From Rhizophagus irregularis (taxonomy: Eukaryota), in assembly GCF_026210795.1 (NCBI RefSeq), contig NC_089429.1:2914001-2978000 (forward strand): a stretch of 64,000 nucleotides of DNA, in the 5' to 3' direction. The position numbers and the translations under genes are program-made. Each line of letters starts with the position of its first letter. Position 1 is the stretch's first letter. Below the pieces are notes generated by a model, which saw only the letters and a program-made list of their open reading frames with translations, did no database searches and was not told the origin of the DNA. Below, piece by piece: positions 13,146 through 27,207 of the stretch.

Positions 13146-13708
13146 AAAAAAAAAACATTTCATTTAAAATTTCCCTCATTCGAAGAACTTTTTCGTGTAT
13201 AAAAAATCAATTAATTTTTAACTGGAGATTATACCAACCCTATAACATATGATTACCCTTTTCGTATTTAAGAGTTATTTTGACTCTTTTTTTTTAAAAA
13301 AAAACCCATAAAGATATATTTAAATCGATTTAATTCGTACAACATATTTACAATCAAATTTAAAGAAACAATTATCATCTCATGTTTCAAAACGATATAA
13401 AGTTTTGTAACATATAAGAAATTTTTATACCTTTTTTTTTTAATATGCGATTTTTATTTATTTAAGGAAGTATTTATTCGTCGTTTATATTATCGAATTA
13501 CTTATCTCCAGATTATTATTAATTTACCTTCGACTTTTCAATTCACTTTAATTATCATTTTCATTTTGAAAATAATTTCTTGTAAATATTTTTTTTCTAC
13601 GTCTTGTTTAATTTTCGTAAACAAGATTTCAAAACTTTTATCTTCTTGTATATAGATTTTTTTTTAGTTTCATTTAGTTTTGGAAAATTACTAAACGGAT
13701 TTCGAATT

Positions 13709-13762
13709 ACAAACACAAACACAAACACAATTCGCAAACGCAAACACAAACGCAAACAAACA
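13709..13762. repeat. (ACAAAC/GCAAAC)n microsatellite between the convergent 3' ends of the kinase and FAL1 genes
   Basis: acaaacacaaacacaaacacaattcgcaaacgcaaacacaaacgcaaacaaac. Confidence 0.75.
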
Positions 13763-13995
13763 ATATAAATAAAAAATAATAAAAAAAAGAAAAATGCTTA
13801 CTGGTTAAGTGTTATTTGAATATACAATTTTCTTATGGATTTGTTTTATTGTTATTTGTTATTATTTATAATTAATTTTAAGAATCAATTCTAAATATCT
13901 TTGATTAATTATATTTATGAATTGCATCCACAAAATTTAACTTGTAAACTAATTGAAGACGATTAATCATTGCTATGAATTGTTGACTTTATTAA

Positions 13996-15727
13996 TTAAA
14001 GCAAATCTGACACATTCATTGGCATCTCATCTATTTGAGTACTATAGAACTGTTCAATATCACGAAGAATTCTAACATCGTCTGAAGTCACAAAGTTGAT
14101 AGCAACCCCTGAAACAATAAAAAAAAAATTTATGAAGTGTGATTGAAATGATTAATCTTAATCTGTAAAAAATTTACCTTTTCTTCCAAAACGACCAGAT
14201 CGACCGATTCGATGAATATATAATTCACGGTTACTTGGCAAATCGTAATTTATTCTTTATTAAATAATAATAGAAATAAATATGTTATGTTACCATATCG
14301 AAATTAATTAAATCTAATGTATAAAACGCAAACACTTCAAATATTCTTACACTAAAGATACTTGTTGGACATCAATACCGCGAGCCCATACATCAGTAGT
14401 AATTAACACACGACTTGAAAACAAGGACGCATCATTGTAAAGATTATTTATGTTCAAAGTCAATATAAAAAGGAAATAATTATCAATTATGGTATCAAAC
14501 CTTGAGCCTTGACGAAATTCCTGCATGATAGCATCCCTTTCTTTTTGAGGCATATCTCCATGCATTGATGAAACCGTAAAATTTGCTTCTCGCATTTTTT
14601 CAGTTAACCAATCGACCTAAGGTTAATTAAATTATATTTGAAGTTGTTTGTGTCGAATTTAAAACCGAATAAGAAGACTTACCTTTCGACGTGTATTACA
14701 AAATATTACCGCTTGTGTAATTGTAAGTGTATCATACAAATCACAAAGAGTATCAAATTTCCATTCCTCCTTTTCAACTGCTACGAAAAATTGTTTAATT
14801 CCTTCCAATGTCAATTCATCCCGTTTAACCAATATGCGAATAGGTTCTGTCATAAATTTTGTAGTCATTTCAAGTACATCGTAAGGTAACGTAGCACTTA
14901 AAAGAACGACCTGTGTATTAGGTGGAAGATATCGATATACATCATATATTTGATCTTTGAAGCCTTTATTGAGTAATTCATCAGCTTCATCTAATACGAG
15001 CATCTTTATATGACGAGTTCGCAAATTTCGACGTCTAATCATGTCAAAAACACGACCTGGTGTACCAGAAACAACGTGCTGACCATGATCTAATTTACGA
15101 ATATCCTCTCCAACACTAGTCCCTCCAATACAAGCGTGACATTGTACGTTCATATAATCACCAAGCGCTAATATCACACTCTGTATTTGAGTTGCCAATT
15201 CCCTTGTAGGGGATAAAACGAGAGCTTGGGTTTCTCTAACTGTTGTATCTATACATTGAAGGATAGAAATGGAAAAGGTAGCTGTTTTACCCGTTCCAGA
15301 CTGTGCTTGTGCGATTACATCTCGACCTTTTATTATAGGAACAATAGCTCTTTGCTGAATCGCCGACGGCTTTTCAAAATCTGGGAACAATTTGTAAAAT
15401 AATTATTATTCATTAATTTTTAGTTATAAAAATTTTTATACTTACTATAGGCGTAGATCCCCCTTAGTAAATCTTCCTTTAAACCTATGGCATCGAAGGT
15501 GGGAACCCTAAAAAAAGAGAACCGAGTTATTATGCGAAATATAGAATATAAAATATATAAAATAGAAATAAAATGACTACTCAACACTTTCACATCTTCA
15601 CTAGTTTCAAAAACTAATTTTTCATCAGCTTTTCGATCAAACTATAATGGCATTAACAACTAAATAAGTATCCATTAAATGAGCGGACTCAACTATTCTA
15701 TAGGAGTAACTTAAATACCTTTGACAT
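13996..15727 (-). CDS. FAL1: eIF4A-III / Fal1 DEAD-box RNA helicase, 8 exons (15727-15719, 15641-15586, 15507-15446, 15380-14683, 14616-14501, 14413-14351, 14254-14178, 14108-13996), 397 aa
   Basis: All introns GT-AG and phase-consistent. Motifs [37 protein letters not shown]. eIF4AIII-type segments [27 protein letters not shown] and C-terminal [13 protein letters not shown]. Confidence 0.95.
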
Positions 15728-16141
15728 GTTTAAAATGCTGCTTTTTTAACGATTCTTCGATGAACAAATTTTATAATTTTGAGTTTGCCAAGCCACCCAA
15801 ATTTTATATTAAAAAGTGGCGCAGTCAATTTTGATATAGGAGGTGATAAATAAGATTTCCTCAAAAAAAAAGAAAAAAGAAAAAAGAAAAGGAAAAGGAA
15901 AAAAAGATTGAAATGATGCAGTGACAATTTATTATATATAAAAACCAAAAGTATTACATATACTTGTAAATTTAGAATTTTCAAAATTAATAATGAAAAT
16001 ATATACACACATTTTTTTTTTTTTTGATATAATTAAAATAACAATTAAATTGCTAATTAACAGAAATATGCAAAGCAAAGGTTATTTTTGAAATTTAGTT
16101 GAAAAAAATCAAATTTACAAGTACACAAACTAAAAAATATT

Positions 16142-18331
16142 TTACATCAATACTAATATACATGTGCAATCATCATATTCCTGTAAAGTATTTTCAAATA
16201 AGACCCGATCACCCTCTCGATTACAAAGATGAGCTACAATTTTCTTTAGCTGGCATCTAGCATCCAGTTGTTGTCCAATACAAGTAGCGATTGTTTGATT
16301 TTGCAATTCTGCCTTATTCGAGTACAAATGGTCAAATAATCCGTCGCTACTCATTAACATGAATCTATTACCATTATATTCTGTAAATGGTCCTAATTTT
16401 TCAAAAAATATGTCCGGCTTACAAGATATTACTGGTTTTGAAGGATTCAGTTTAAAAAGTAAATCACCACAAGTTGCAGCGACATTAAGTGAAAAATGAA
16501 TGCCATTATTATTTTTGTATGGAACACCGAGATCATTATCGGCGGCTTGTAGTCTAATGCGTGCATTCTTCAAATTTGCACGAACATTACGTTCTTGAGG
16601 AAATGGGTCAAATTTGATAGGTTTATCCTGATTATCCACAAATACACCACCATTAGAATATATTTGTAAAGCGAGGCGTTCTAGATATGGCTTATGATCT
16701 TCACTAGAAAATTCTACCATCCACTTATTATCCGTCTTACAACCAACAAGTGTACGGGAATCCCCAACATTTACATTGATGAACCATTCACCAAAAAAGA
16801 GATTAATAACTAGGGTAGCTCCATCATCGACAGGTTCTACTTGATTACTCCTACCCCTATTATGAATTACATCATTCTGCCATTTACGATATTCTTCACG
16901 TTTAGCATCAAGATATTCATCATCTAACCTTTTAATAAGCAAAGTTATGTCCTGTTTAAACTTCTCCTGAACCTTTTGATCATCTAGCTGTGAATAATCA
17001 TATTGACATAACATATTTTCTAAACGACTTGGTATTTTATTAGTTAGAAATGCGGAACATCCAGAACCTCCATGCCCATCTGCTAAGCAAAATAATCTAC
17101 ACAAGAAAGATCCATCCGAATTTTTAAGATCTTTTATTGAAAAAGAATCTTCACAATTTGACTTTGGGCATCTCATATTGCCCTGATGTCGAAATCGAGC
17201 ATAAGAGTATCCTACTTCCTGAGCTACAGCAAATGATGTAGGGCCAATGAATAAATTAATATCAAAATTTGATGGCTCACTCGTTGTACACAGTGAGGAA
17301 TTAAAACCTTCGACGCTATACAAACAAAAAAGTTTATAAATATGGTAAAAATATTATCTCACTATTCAAATAAAAAATGAAAATCATACTCGTTCGGTAT
17401 TGGTTCATTTGTGACTTGCTGTGATGTATCCATTGATATATCGCTTTCAGACGAATCCGACTCGCTCTCACTTGTAAATTCACTTGTAGAATGATATTTA
17501 GCAATTCTCTTACGTGAAGGTTGTTCATCTGACGAATCTGTATCGCTCTCATCAGTTGCACTATCATCAGATTCGCTATCAACAGAATCACTTTCCTCAG
17601 AATCGCTTTCCGACGTGTATTCATAGAGCTGCTGTCGAGATTTAGTTCTTTTCGTTTGTGTGATTTTCCTGATTGCAGGCCTCTTTGGTGGGGGTTTTTT
17701 ATTTTTTACTTGTGTTTGTGTTCTCTTTTTAGTATACGTGAGTTTTCGCGCTTTAGGACGAGGTTTTCTTACCGGAGGATTTTGGTTCACATTATCGGGA
17801 GGAGGATTCATATCCATCGAGGCAATAACTTCTGAATCTTTTGGAAAAAGACTTAAGGAAATTCGATAACAAACACCATAAGTAGCTTTATATTTTTCAA
17901 TAGGAGGTTCTACTTTTAGTGTTCTGGCCGTAGAGAGTCCTGTGGAAATTGCACCTTGAATGGTAGCTCTCGGCGTATTTCCCCTAAGTAGTCAGCAGAA
18001 TTAGTCAAGCTCGACACGAGTGAAAAAAGACTACGATCACAGCGTGCCAAGAATTCGAGGAGGAAAAACACACCGAAGTTGAGCTAGATCTAATTTCCGA
18101 CAATCGTCTACAAAAAAAGCAGAAATTAAATTTAGTCATATTTATCGTAAAAAAACTTCTAATTTTATCGTCAAACGTGGCGACTAGCATACCGACTAAC
18201 TGCATTGCAGTCATCCATTGGTTTCTGTTATGCAGCAATGTTTTTATTATAGCATTAAAAACTTTATTGCAACGCTGTTCAGGTCTTAGTGCAAGGCTTT
18301 CGAAAGAAGGCATATTTGGCAGGTCCGTCAT
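16142..18331 (-). CDS. PP2C (PPM) family phosphatase with N-terminal HARE-HTH-like domain and basic/acidic linker, 4 exons (18331-18193, 18107-18074, 17983-17390, 17315-16142), 646 aa
   Basis: PP2C motifs DGHGG, NVGDSR, DHKP, CGDLLFK, SSDGLFD, DDCTCILV. Phase-consistent GT-AG splicing joins the N-terminal ...WMTAMQLVDDCRKLDLAQLRGNTPRATIQGAISTGL..., then a K/R-rich stretch and an S/D/E-rich tract. Confidence 0.85.
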
Positions 18332-21300
18332 TTTCTTAACCGAGTAGCTGTGAAAAAACTAAAATTGTGATTCTTTATATAATTAAGAAAACCTTTATGA
18401 ACTAAAAATAAATTACCTTTTAAATGTTTTTAAATTCAATCACTGCGGCGGAGATGAAATCTTTTTCGAACATTTTTTTTACGCAGCAAATTTTTACATG
18501 AAAAAATTCCGCAATAGTAAATTTATTCATCACACGTGTCACGTCCCTCTGTGTTTACATTTTCTATAAGTATCTGAGGGACTTGTTTTTTTCGGTTAGT
18601 TAAAATCCTATTTGTCACGCATTAGTCGTCACTGTTTATTCACGTGTTACTGCATAGTGCCGGAATTTTTTGGGCAGATTTCGGGTGTCATAGGGGCAGT
18701 TAATATTTACAAATAACATGTGACAAATAACATGTGACGAATTACACAAGTCACGTTAAAGTACAATTATTATATTATATAAAATAAATAAATAAATATT
18801 CTATAGCAGTATAGCTTACCGGCAGTATTATTTCAAAAAAAAAAAATATATTAAATTATAATTTTTTTTTGATTTATATATGAATATTAAATTATATTGC
18901 TTAACATAAAATAAATAAATATTAAATTATATAATAAATTTAATTTAGGAGCTTTTTCTTTTTTGAAAGTAATTATGATTTTTCTGTTAGTTTAGTTTTT
19001 TTTTCTTTAGCATTTTTGAATTTTTTCCTTTAGCATTCTTTTGAAAGAACTGGAAGGTATTAAGATGTAAATCAGTTGGATTTAAAGATTTAAATTTATT
19101 AGATAACTGGTTAAATTAGTAATTATTTGTTTATATAAAAATATAATTTGTTAAATCTGATATATTTATATAGATTTAAGTGGTTAATTAAAAGATAACT
19201 TACAAGATTAAGATATATTATTTTACACTAAACTAACTTTTTATGCAATAATTCTTCAGACAAATATTTATTAGTAGATTATATACAAGTTGATTGTAAT
19301 ATTTCTAAAGATCTAACTAGTTTATTTAAATGTAATTAAGAAAACTAATACTATAATTTTGCTAATAGATGGAAGAATCTTATAAGGATTATAAGGGAAT
19401 TTAACAGGATCTGCTTATTACTAATAGATGTTACTGTAGAAAATTTTAACTTTTATATAGAATCTTATCTTAGGATTTGCTTAAATTCTATTGGTTAATT
19501 AGTTAAAAAGGAAAAAAATCATAATAATATAACATAAAATTTCCTTTTATAGTAGAATTTTTAACAAATTTTATATATAAACTTTACCTTAAACTTAAAG
19601 ATAAAATTCTAATACTATGAATATATTCAAAATAACTTTTAATAATTAATAATTTTTAATTTTTAAGTCAAAACTAATTAACTGTAGAATTCCTATCAAA
19701 TTTCACTTATATTTATAACAATTCATATTTTACTAAAAATTACAAATAAGAAAAATAAGAAAATATTTTTATTTATCTTTCTTTCTTCTTTTTTTCCTTC
19801 TATTTCTTATTTTTGAGTAACTAAACTAATAATAACTAAACTATAAATATAACTAATCCAAATATAAATAAATATTAACTCTTAAACTGTTTGCAGCCAA
19901 ATTTGCCTGCAATTTTATTTTTTAATTAAAGACACTTTTAAATACCTTAAAATATTTTATTATATAAACCAATATTTTTGTAATAAATTCTATAGTATTT
20001 TTTAATAAGTAAAAATCAAAAAAAAAGTTCAATTTAATTAATGATTTTTTAAAAGTAAATAATTGACAAATTATAACAAATAGTAGCTAAATTTTTTAAA
20101 TTGAAATATCTTTTTATCCATTAACTCTAGAAATATAAAATTACCACCATTTGATGCATCTTAATGAGAAGAATCTGATAGAAATAAAATTGTTCTTCTA
20201 TAAATATTATATAATAGGATAACTTATAAAATCTAAAAATTTATAAATTAATATAATTTTTTATTTATCAATTTTAGAATTATAATTTTATTACCATTAA
20301 ATACACCTTAATAACAAATATAATTTCATCTTTCTATGATCATTAGATCTTAAAATAATTTAAAAATTCAAAAAATTTTTAAAATTAGTTTTATCTTTTA
20401 AAGTTTAAGGGATAACTATAAATATCTATTTTTTTTTTTTTGCTGCAGCATATTTAGATCTTTATTAGAATAAATGCATTTATAATATATCATACAAATG
20501 AAAATAAACTAAATAAACTAATTTAATAAAACCTAAACCACTCGTCATTCTGAAAAGGACTTACATGTATACTATCAAACAGAATTTAGACTATAAAAAT
20601 ACTTTCTGCATTAAACGCATACTTGTTCTTAGAGAGGATTCACTCCTTTCAGTTTACATCTATAAGGAAATTTCAGCGAGACTCATTATGAAATAACAAG
20701 AAAAAAAAAGGATTTTAAAACAAAAAATTCAGGGTAAAAAAAAAGGTTAATATATATAAATGATAGCAAGCACTCTGTACCTCCTAAAACTTCTTATTTG
20801 GTTCAATCATTCTGTCAGTTGATCAGTGATCTTAGCAATGCCAAATTTCAGCTAAAATCATAAGTTTATCATTGTTATTGAAGTCTTTATTATTTGAAGT
20901 AAATTGCTTTTTTTTTCCAAAAGACTTTTCTTTCTTAAACTGTTTATCATTGTGATTATTATAACATCCATATTAAGGATGGTACTACAATTGATTAATT
21001 AAATCTGCAATATTGCAGATTTTGGAGTTAAATTGTAGTTAGTGATCCGCAATTTCACAATTCATCTGATCGGTTTTAGTACTAGTTTACTGAACCAATT
21101 TAATAAAAAAATGTTTATGCAATATTTTTTTAACTAATTTAACAAAAAAATATTGTAAACTATTTTTTCAAAGTACTTTTAATTAAAAGAATGTTTACTC
21201 AACGTTTTTTAATTAATTTAAAGAAAAAATGTTGTAAAATGTTTTTTTAAAGTATATTTAATTAAAAAAATGTTTCGCAATATTTTTTAATTAATTTAAA

Positions 21301-21599
21301 GAAAAAATGTTGCAAAATGTTTTTTCAAAGTATATTTAATTAAAGACGATTTCTATTTGTACACTATATGTTTGAATATCATTTCCAAAAAAGCAAATTT
21401 TTATGCTGATCATTTAATGCGAAAAAAAGCAAGTGTATCTGTATATGAACACAGGTCACGTGATTATAATAAAAGTCATACAATAACAAAAGTTCACGTT
21501 TAAACCAATAAATTTATTTTTAATAAAGTTCTACTAACAACACATTAATAAAATCAATTGTGCTACATGTAACATACAAGTTTATTCTTTACAAATTCT

Positions 21600-21870
21600 A
21601 AAACTTGTAATGACCCAAAAACCAACTTAACAACTTACCAATTCTAACTAACATTCTTTATGACCAACGATCCTAACATCATTCTAATGATCCTAATAAC
21701 TTAACAGCTAACAATTCTAACAATTTTCATTAATGCTCCTTCCTAACAATCAATAATCCTAATTCCTAACATTTCTAATACTCCTAATATCCTAATGCTC
21801 CTAATGCTCCTACTAAGTTTTAATATTCCTAATACTAACATTATAATAATCTAATAACTCCAACAATCTT
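21600..21870. repeat. Degenerate (CTCCTAATG/CCTAAC)-like low-complexity repeat
   Basis: ctcctaatatcctaatgctcctaatgctcctac and related motifs. Confidence 0.55.
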
Positions 21871-21969
21871 AATGAAAAATAATGAAATTAGCAAACATTA
21901 TCAAATTTTAACAACTTAAACTCAAAATTTCAATGAATCACGAACCTTGATGAAATTCTAGCCCAAGAT

Positions 21970-22457
21970 AATTATATTAAGATTTGGCAAGTTTTAGCAT
22001 AATATCCATATTGTTTGCATTTTCCGCACTTACATCCTTTACTACCTTCTGCATTTTCGTCAATTTGCATGCTATTTCTTAATGCATGCTTACCTTTAGA
22101 GAAGGATTGTTCAACATTTGATTGCAGCCTTTTTGGTGGACGTTCTTTTATGCTTATGATATTGGGATTGTTAATATCGCGTAATCTTCTTCATTTGTTT
22201 CGTTGCTTTTCATCAAATTTATTTTGTATATCATATAGAAATGTTTTAAACATATTAGATAGGTCTCAGTACATATCAGCTTTAATAGCTGAATTAATAA
22301 TCTTTCTTGATAATTCAAACAACTCTGCATATATAGTTTTATTTAATTTTGTTATTGAATTGGAATGGCATAATATAGATCGAATAGAAAATAAATGGTT
22401 GAATGTACTATTGGTAATAGGAAGATTTTCATTTGAATTGTTTGTAGAACATAATGT
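21970..22457 (-). pseudogene. C-terminal remnant of a MULE/FAR1-like transposase with zinc knuckle
   Basis: Minus-strand peptide INNPNIISIKERPPKRLQS...CKCGKCKQYGYYAKTC (degenerate CxxCxxxGHxxxxC knuckle after a (K)GRP-like motif). Contains stops. Cut upstream by the CACA terminus at 22458. Confidence 0.55.
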
Positions 22458-22790
22458 CACAGGTCAAAATCAAGGCTATCAGTTGCATATCGGGTACCAG
22501 ATATATGTAGGATATGTATATGATATGTATACGATATGCAACAATTACACACATATCGGGTACCTGATATCTGTAATGTTTATGCAGAAGTTTGGTGATA
22601 TATATTATAGATATCGTGCACATATTATACATATATCGGGTAGTATAATATCGGGCACATATCTTATACATGTCGTATAAATATCATATAGATATTGGTC
22701 AGTATAATATCGGACACATGTTATATAGATATCGGGTAAATATAGGATACATATCGTACATTTATCTGACAATACGATAGATAATTTTTT
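22458..22790 (+). mobile_element. Left end of a CACTA-type non-autonomous element (CACAGGTCAAAAT; ATCGGGTAC subterminal repeats); right end not found
   Basis: Terminus and subterminal motifs resemble the ends of element 31570-36206. Confidence 0.7.
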
Positions 22791-24034
22791 CATATAATAT
22801 TATAATTTAATCTGGGCAAAATTATAATTTCAGATTAATTTTTAATTTTAATTCGAGCTAAAGTAAAATTTTATTACACAAATTTTATTATTTTCAATTA
22901 AACTAAAAGTTTTATTGTTTTTTAATTAATAATAAAAAAGATTACAAAAAAATATATTATTCTATATAGCTATATAAATAATTAGATATCTGTTATCTAC
23001 AAATAGCGCTTATTTTTATCTGTTTAATATTTAAAAGAAAGAAATAGTATTTTAGTAATAAAGATATTAGTATGAATAATGTATTCGTAAATGAAAAAGA
23101 ATAGTATTAAAAAAATGTTAGTAAAAAATGGTTAGTAATAGAAAATGTTATTAGTATGTTTAGTAGTAAAATATATTAGTAAAAACAAACGTTAATAGGT
23201 TAGAAAAAAAGAAAAGAAGTGTATAATATAAATAAAAATTAGTAAAAAATATACCTTTGTATTTATTTCACCTCTTTTTTGAAGTTTGCTGTTTAAAGAA
23301 AATAGATCTTGTTAATTATTTTTCTTTAATAAATAAAAAAAATAAATATTTAAATTACCTTGATGTACGTTACTCTCATATTCTTCTGAAGATATATGAT
23401 TAGATCTTCTTTTTCTTGAGTTTACTATATATAAACCAAATTAATTTTTGATTAAATTTTTTTTAAAAAGAATGCTTAGATTACCTTGATATGTGTTGCT
23501 TCCAAATTCTTTTGATTTAGAGTTTTTTTTCTTGAATTCGCAGATATAGGATTACCATCTTGACGCACAGTATCAAAAAATGTCCGCCTTTGATGTGGAA
23601 GGTACTTAGAAACCACCTCGTCTCCCGATTAATGAGACCCTAAGTCAGAGGAGGCTAGCCTATCGGGTACAAGTACCCTACAACTTCATCTCTAGGTAGT
23701 CAAAAATCTTGGGTGGTTCCAGACCACAGCGTACTACATGATTAGTCTTTAGACATGTTGGGATTTGATAAGTGAAAGAAAAAATAACTCCAGCGCCAGC
23801 GTTTTGTAAAGAATAATAAAATAATATTTTTAAGTTAGTTCTTTCTTTATTAAATTTTTGAAAAAGTTTTGTTTCTTAAAATCGTAAAAAAATGCTGGTT
23901 GCTACAACTGACAGACAACGACAAATTGTCAGGCTACCCCCGGACAAAGTAATTGGAAGGCAGAAAATGTCATAAAATATCCAGCCCTATTTCATAACAT
24001 TTTCCTCCAGACTAAAGCAAATATTACAAAAGAA

Positions 24035-24182
24035 ATTGCAAATATATTTAACAAGCAATAGATACATGGCAGTTGAAAAATATATTCACACTTCATATTG
24101 TAATACCACAGTCTAACAAAGAAAGCAAATATATTTAACAAGCAATAGATACATGGCAGTTGAAAAATATATTCACACTTAT
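24035..24182. repeat. About 55-bp direct duplication
   Basis: GCAAATATATTTAACAAGCAATAGATACATGGCAGTTGAAAAATATATTCACACTT at about 24038 and 24125. Confidence 0.8.
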
Positions 24183-24918
24183 ACCACAAAGAAAGACTCA
24201 AACCACTATTGTAAAGAAAAATATGAAAAATACGCGTATATCCTATTTTCATTCCTTGCTTAACAGTTCCACTATTTATTTAAAAGAGACTTTTCTCTTT
24301 TTTGTATGTGGGTAGGGGTACATTTTTTTATTCTTTTCTTTTGTATATGGTAGATGAGTATGTCTTACTATATTAAATATATAAACTAAAGTGCCAAAGT
24401 ATTGTTAATATTGTAAAAGATAAGTAAAGTATACTTGGATAAAAGAGAAAAAAAGAGACGAACCGTAAAGCGTTAATAAAAGATAAGTAAGAAGAGAAAA
24501 GTGTATTTTTGAAAATAAACAAAAAAAATCGCGCATTAATTTTAGATATCACATGTATGTAATCAAAGCGATTTTAATTGGTTATTAATATACATGCATA
24601 AATGTCATGTGATTTTAGTGACCTATACAAAAGATAAAAATTATTTTACAAAAAATACGTTTCCAACCTTCCAACCAGTGTATAAAATCTGAAAAGAAAA
24701 TGTGCACACGTGCACATAAGAATTTTTTTTTTGCGCACGTCACAAACTCAATTTTTAAAAATTTTTGTGCACAAAAATGTGCACTATATTAATTTATAAT
24801 ATAAAACATCCTAACTTTTAAATCCTAAATTCCTAATTATATTATAGATTTTATTTATAAAATATAATTAATTACACTAAAATGTTCCAAAAAAATGAAA
24901 AATAAATCACTATAATTA

Positions 24919-27207
24919 TTAAATTGCCCGATCTTTAGAAGCCCAATGATTGTAAGCTGCTAAATAATTGAAATTTTCAAAATTTTGAGGGCCATTTAAA
25001 GAAACATGTAAATGCATATTAAGAGTATCAATATGCACTCTGTTTCGAATGTCAGTTTGTTTTGATTAAATTTTGCCTAGAAAATACACGCTTCACCACA
25101 GTGTTAGAAAAAGGTATAATTAATGACAAATCAATAAGAATAATAAGATTAGGGAATTAGTTTCGGAAATGATTTATACCAACATTCAGTAAATTTACAT
25201 CCTTTGGCAAATCTATATGACGCAATTAGATTTTTAGCCAAATCCCATTCTTTCTTAACTTCTTCGTCATCAATTAATGAATGCTCATCATTATTAATTC
25301 TTTTTTTCTTTCCATAAAAATGTATAAGATCCGAAAGCTCTTCTTCACATAGTTTTGTAAAGTATTTTTATGCATTTTTATCAAGCGGCACTTCATGAAG
25401 ATCAAAAATTCGTAAAGAATAATATAAATTTTCATTAGAAAATCTTTTTCACAAATTTGTAATAACTTTTTCAGCATAATGTTTAATAAAATCTAATTAA
25501 CAAACATAATTGAGCAAAAATTTATTAGTAATTAATTTAATAAATAAGTTAAAAATAAACTAGCCTGGCAAATCTTCAGGGTGTAATTCTAACTCATCTA
25601 TTAACTTTCGCAAATGGGTACCATACTTCGGTAAAACATCTGCAGATCCAATAAAATTTGCGGTTATAGATTCATATGCCATTTCAAGTTGTGATCATAA
25701 AGAAATATAATCAAATTGAAAAACCAATATAATTTTTTTTAAAATAAAAAAAAATATCAGCAAAAAATTTCGTAATAATAAGAAATTCGGTATCCACATT
25801 GCGTTAAATAAGAATTTAGCCGTATTAGATGAATTAACATAACGTTGTAATGCTTTTTGAATGGGTTCAATTATTTGGTGAAAATTGTTAATTACATTAG
25901 ACCATGATAGCCATTGCGTATCACATACATTAAGAATTGTTAAATCAGAAACTTTCATATCTTCTTTGATTTTTTTTAATTCATACATTCGCTTATATGA
26001 ATTAGAAAAATAAGAATAAATTCCTTTAATTATAGTTTTATAATGTGCGAAATATGGTGTTTCATTTGCAGCTTCTTCTGAAGCTAAGTGTAAGCGATGT
26101 GCAATACAATGTGTTGATGTAATAAAATTATTAAGTTTTTTTAGTTGAGTTGCAACACCATTACGAATGCCTAAGTAAAATGATAAAATATATATATATA
26201 TATATATTATTAAATTATATATTTTTGATTAATTAATTATTATTTAATAATTACCTGTCATGGTTGCAGCTCCGTCACTACCAAAATGTCTTAATTTCGT
26301 TATATCCAGTTCTTTTTGAGTTATAAAAAGGTTTATTACATTCATAATTCCATCAGCCGATGCATCTGTTATTTGTGTCAATCCAAGAAAACGAAAATAG
26401 GTCAACCATTTACTAAATGTTTTGAAACTAATGCAATAGTTTTTTCAGATATAACATTTGTATTGCTTTCATCAATAAGTAAACTCTAACATGGTGATTC
26501 TTTAACCTCAACAACAACGCTTTCTTCAATAATAGTAAATATAGAAAAAAGTAATTCTCTTTCTGCAACTGCATTTTTATAAAGTGCATAATTATTGGTT
26601 GAAAATGATGAAGTTGTAATTTCAGAATGATTTTGAAGAAGAGGTGGACGAAGATTTTGGATAAAATTTTCATCCCCAGTTTGATATTGATAATTAATTT
26701 GATATGTAATTAAATCACAAAGAGATCTATAATTATTAAGTGCTATATTACGTTGTGTTAAATAATATACATTACGCATACAACAAATAATTAATGCTTG
26801 ATTATGGTTCATTTGTTGCATAAAGCCTTCTTTAATTGTCAACTGATCTGAATTTTTTGCATTAATTGCTTTTATATGCCTTTCAATACAATCATCCTTT
26901 AACCACTCCAAACCAGTAGTTGTCCACACACTAGAACTATTTGCATTTTTGCATATTTTACAAAACATAACTTCTTTTCCATTTCTTTTTTCACAATATA
27001 CATTTAAGGTTATCTTTTTCTAAACGTGAATATTTATTTTTTTTTATTTTTATTTTTCGCCTTAAATAATCTCATTTCATTATCTTCAACATCATTAATT
27101 TGAATAACCTCTGTATTTTTATCATTTCAATTTCTTATTTTTGTTGGTTTGTCAGTTTTTTTCTCTTAAGGAGTATAATTATTTAGATATTTTGTGATAT
27201 CTTCCAT
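24919..27207 (-). pseudogene. hAT-superfamily (ZNF862-like) transposase pseudogene
   Basis: MFCKIC (TTF-type zinc finger), LLIDESN, HFGSDGAATMTG, THCIAHRLHLA, DTQWLS, and C-terminal dimerisation-domain-like PFSNTVVKRVFSRQNLIKT...AYNHW. Intron at about 26172-26254. Multiple frameshifts and stops. TGTGCAC motifs on both sides (about 24700-24785 and 27295-27350). Confidence 0.85.

Noticed and set aside
22015..22793. 221-aa and neighbouring ORFs as genes
   Set aside because: Antisense of the MULE remnant running into subterminal repeats of a CACA element.
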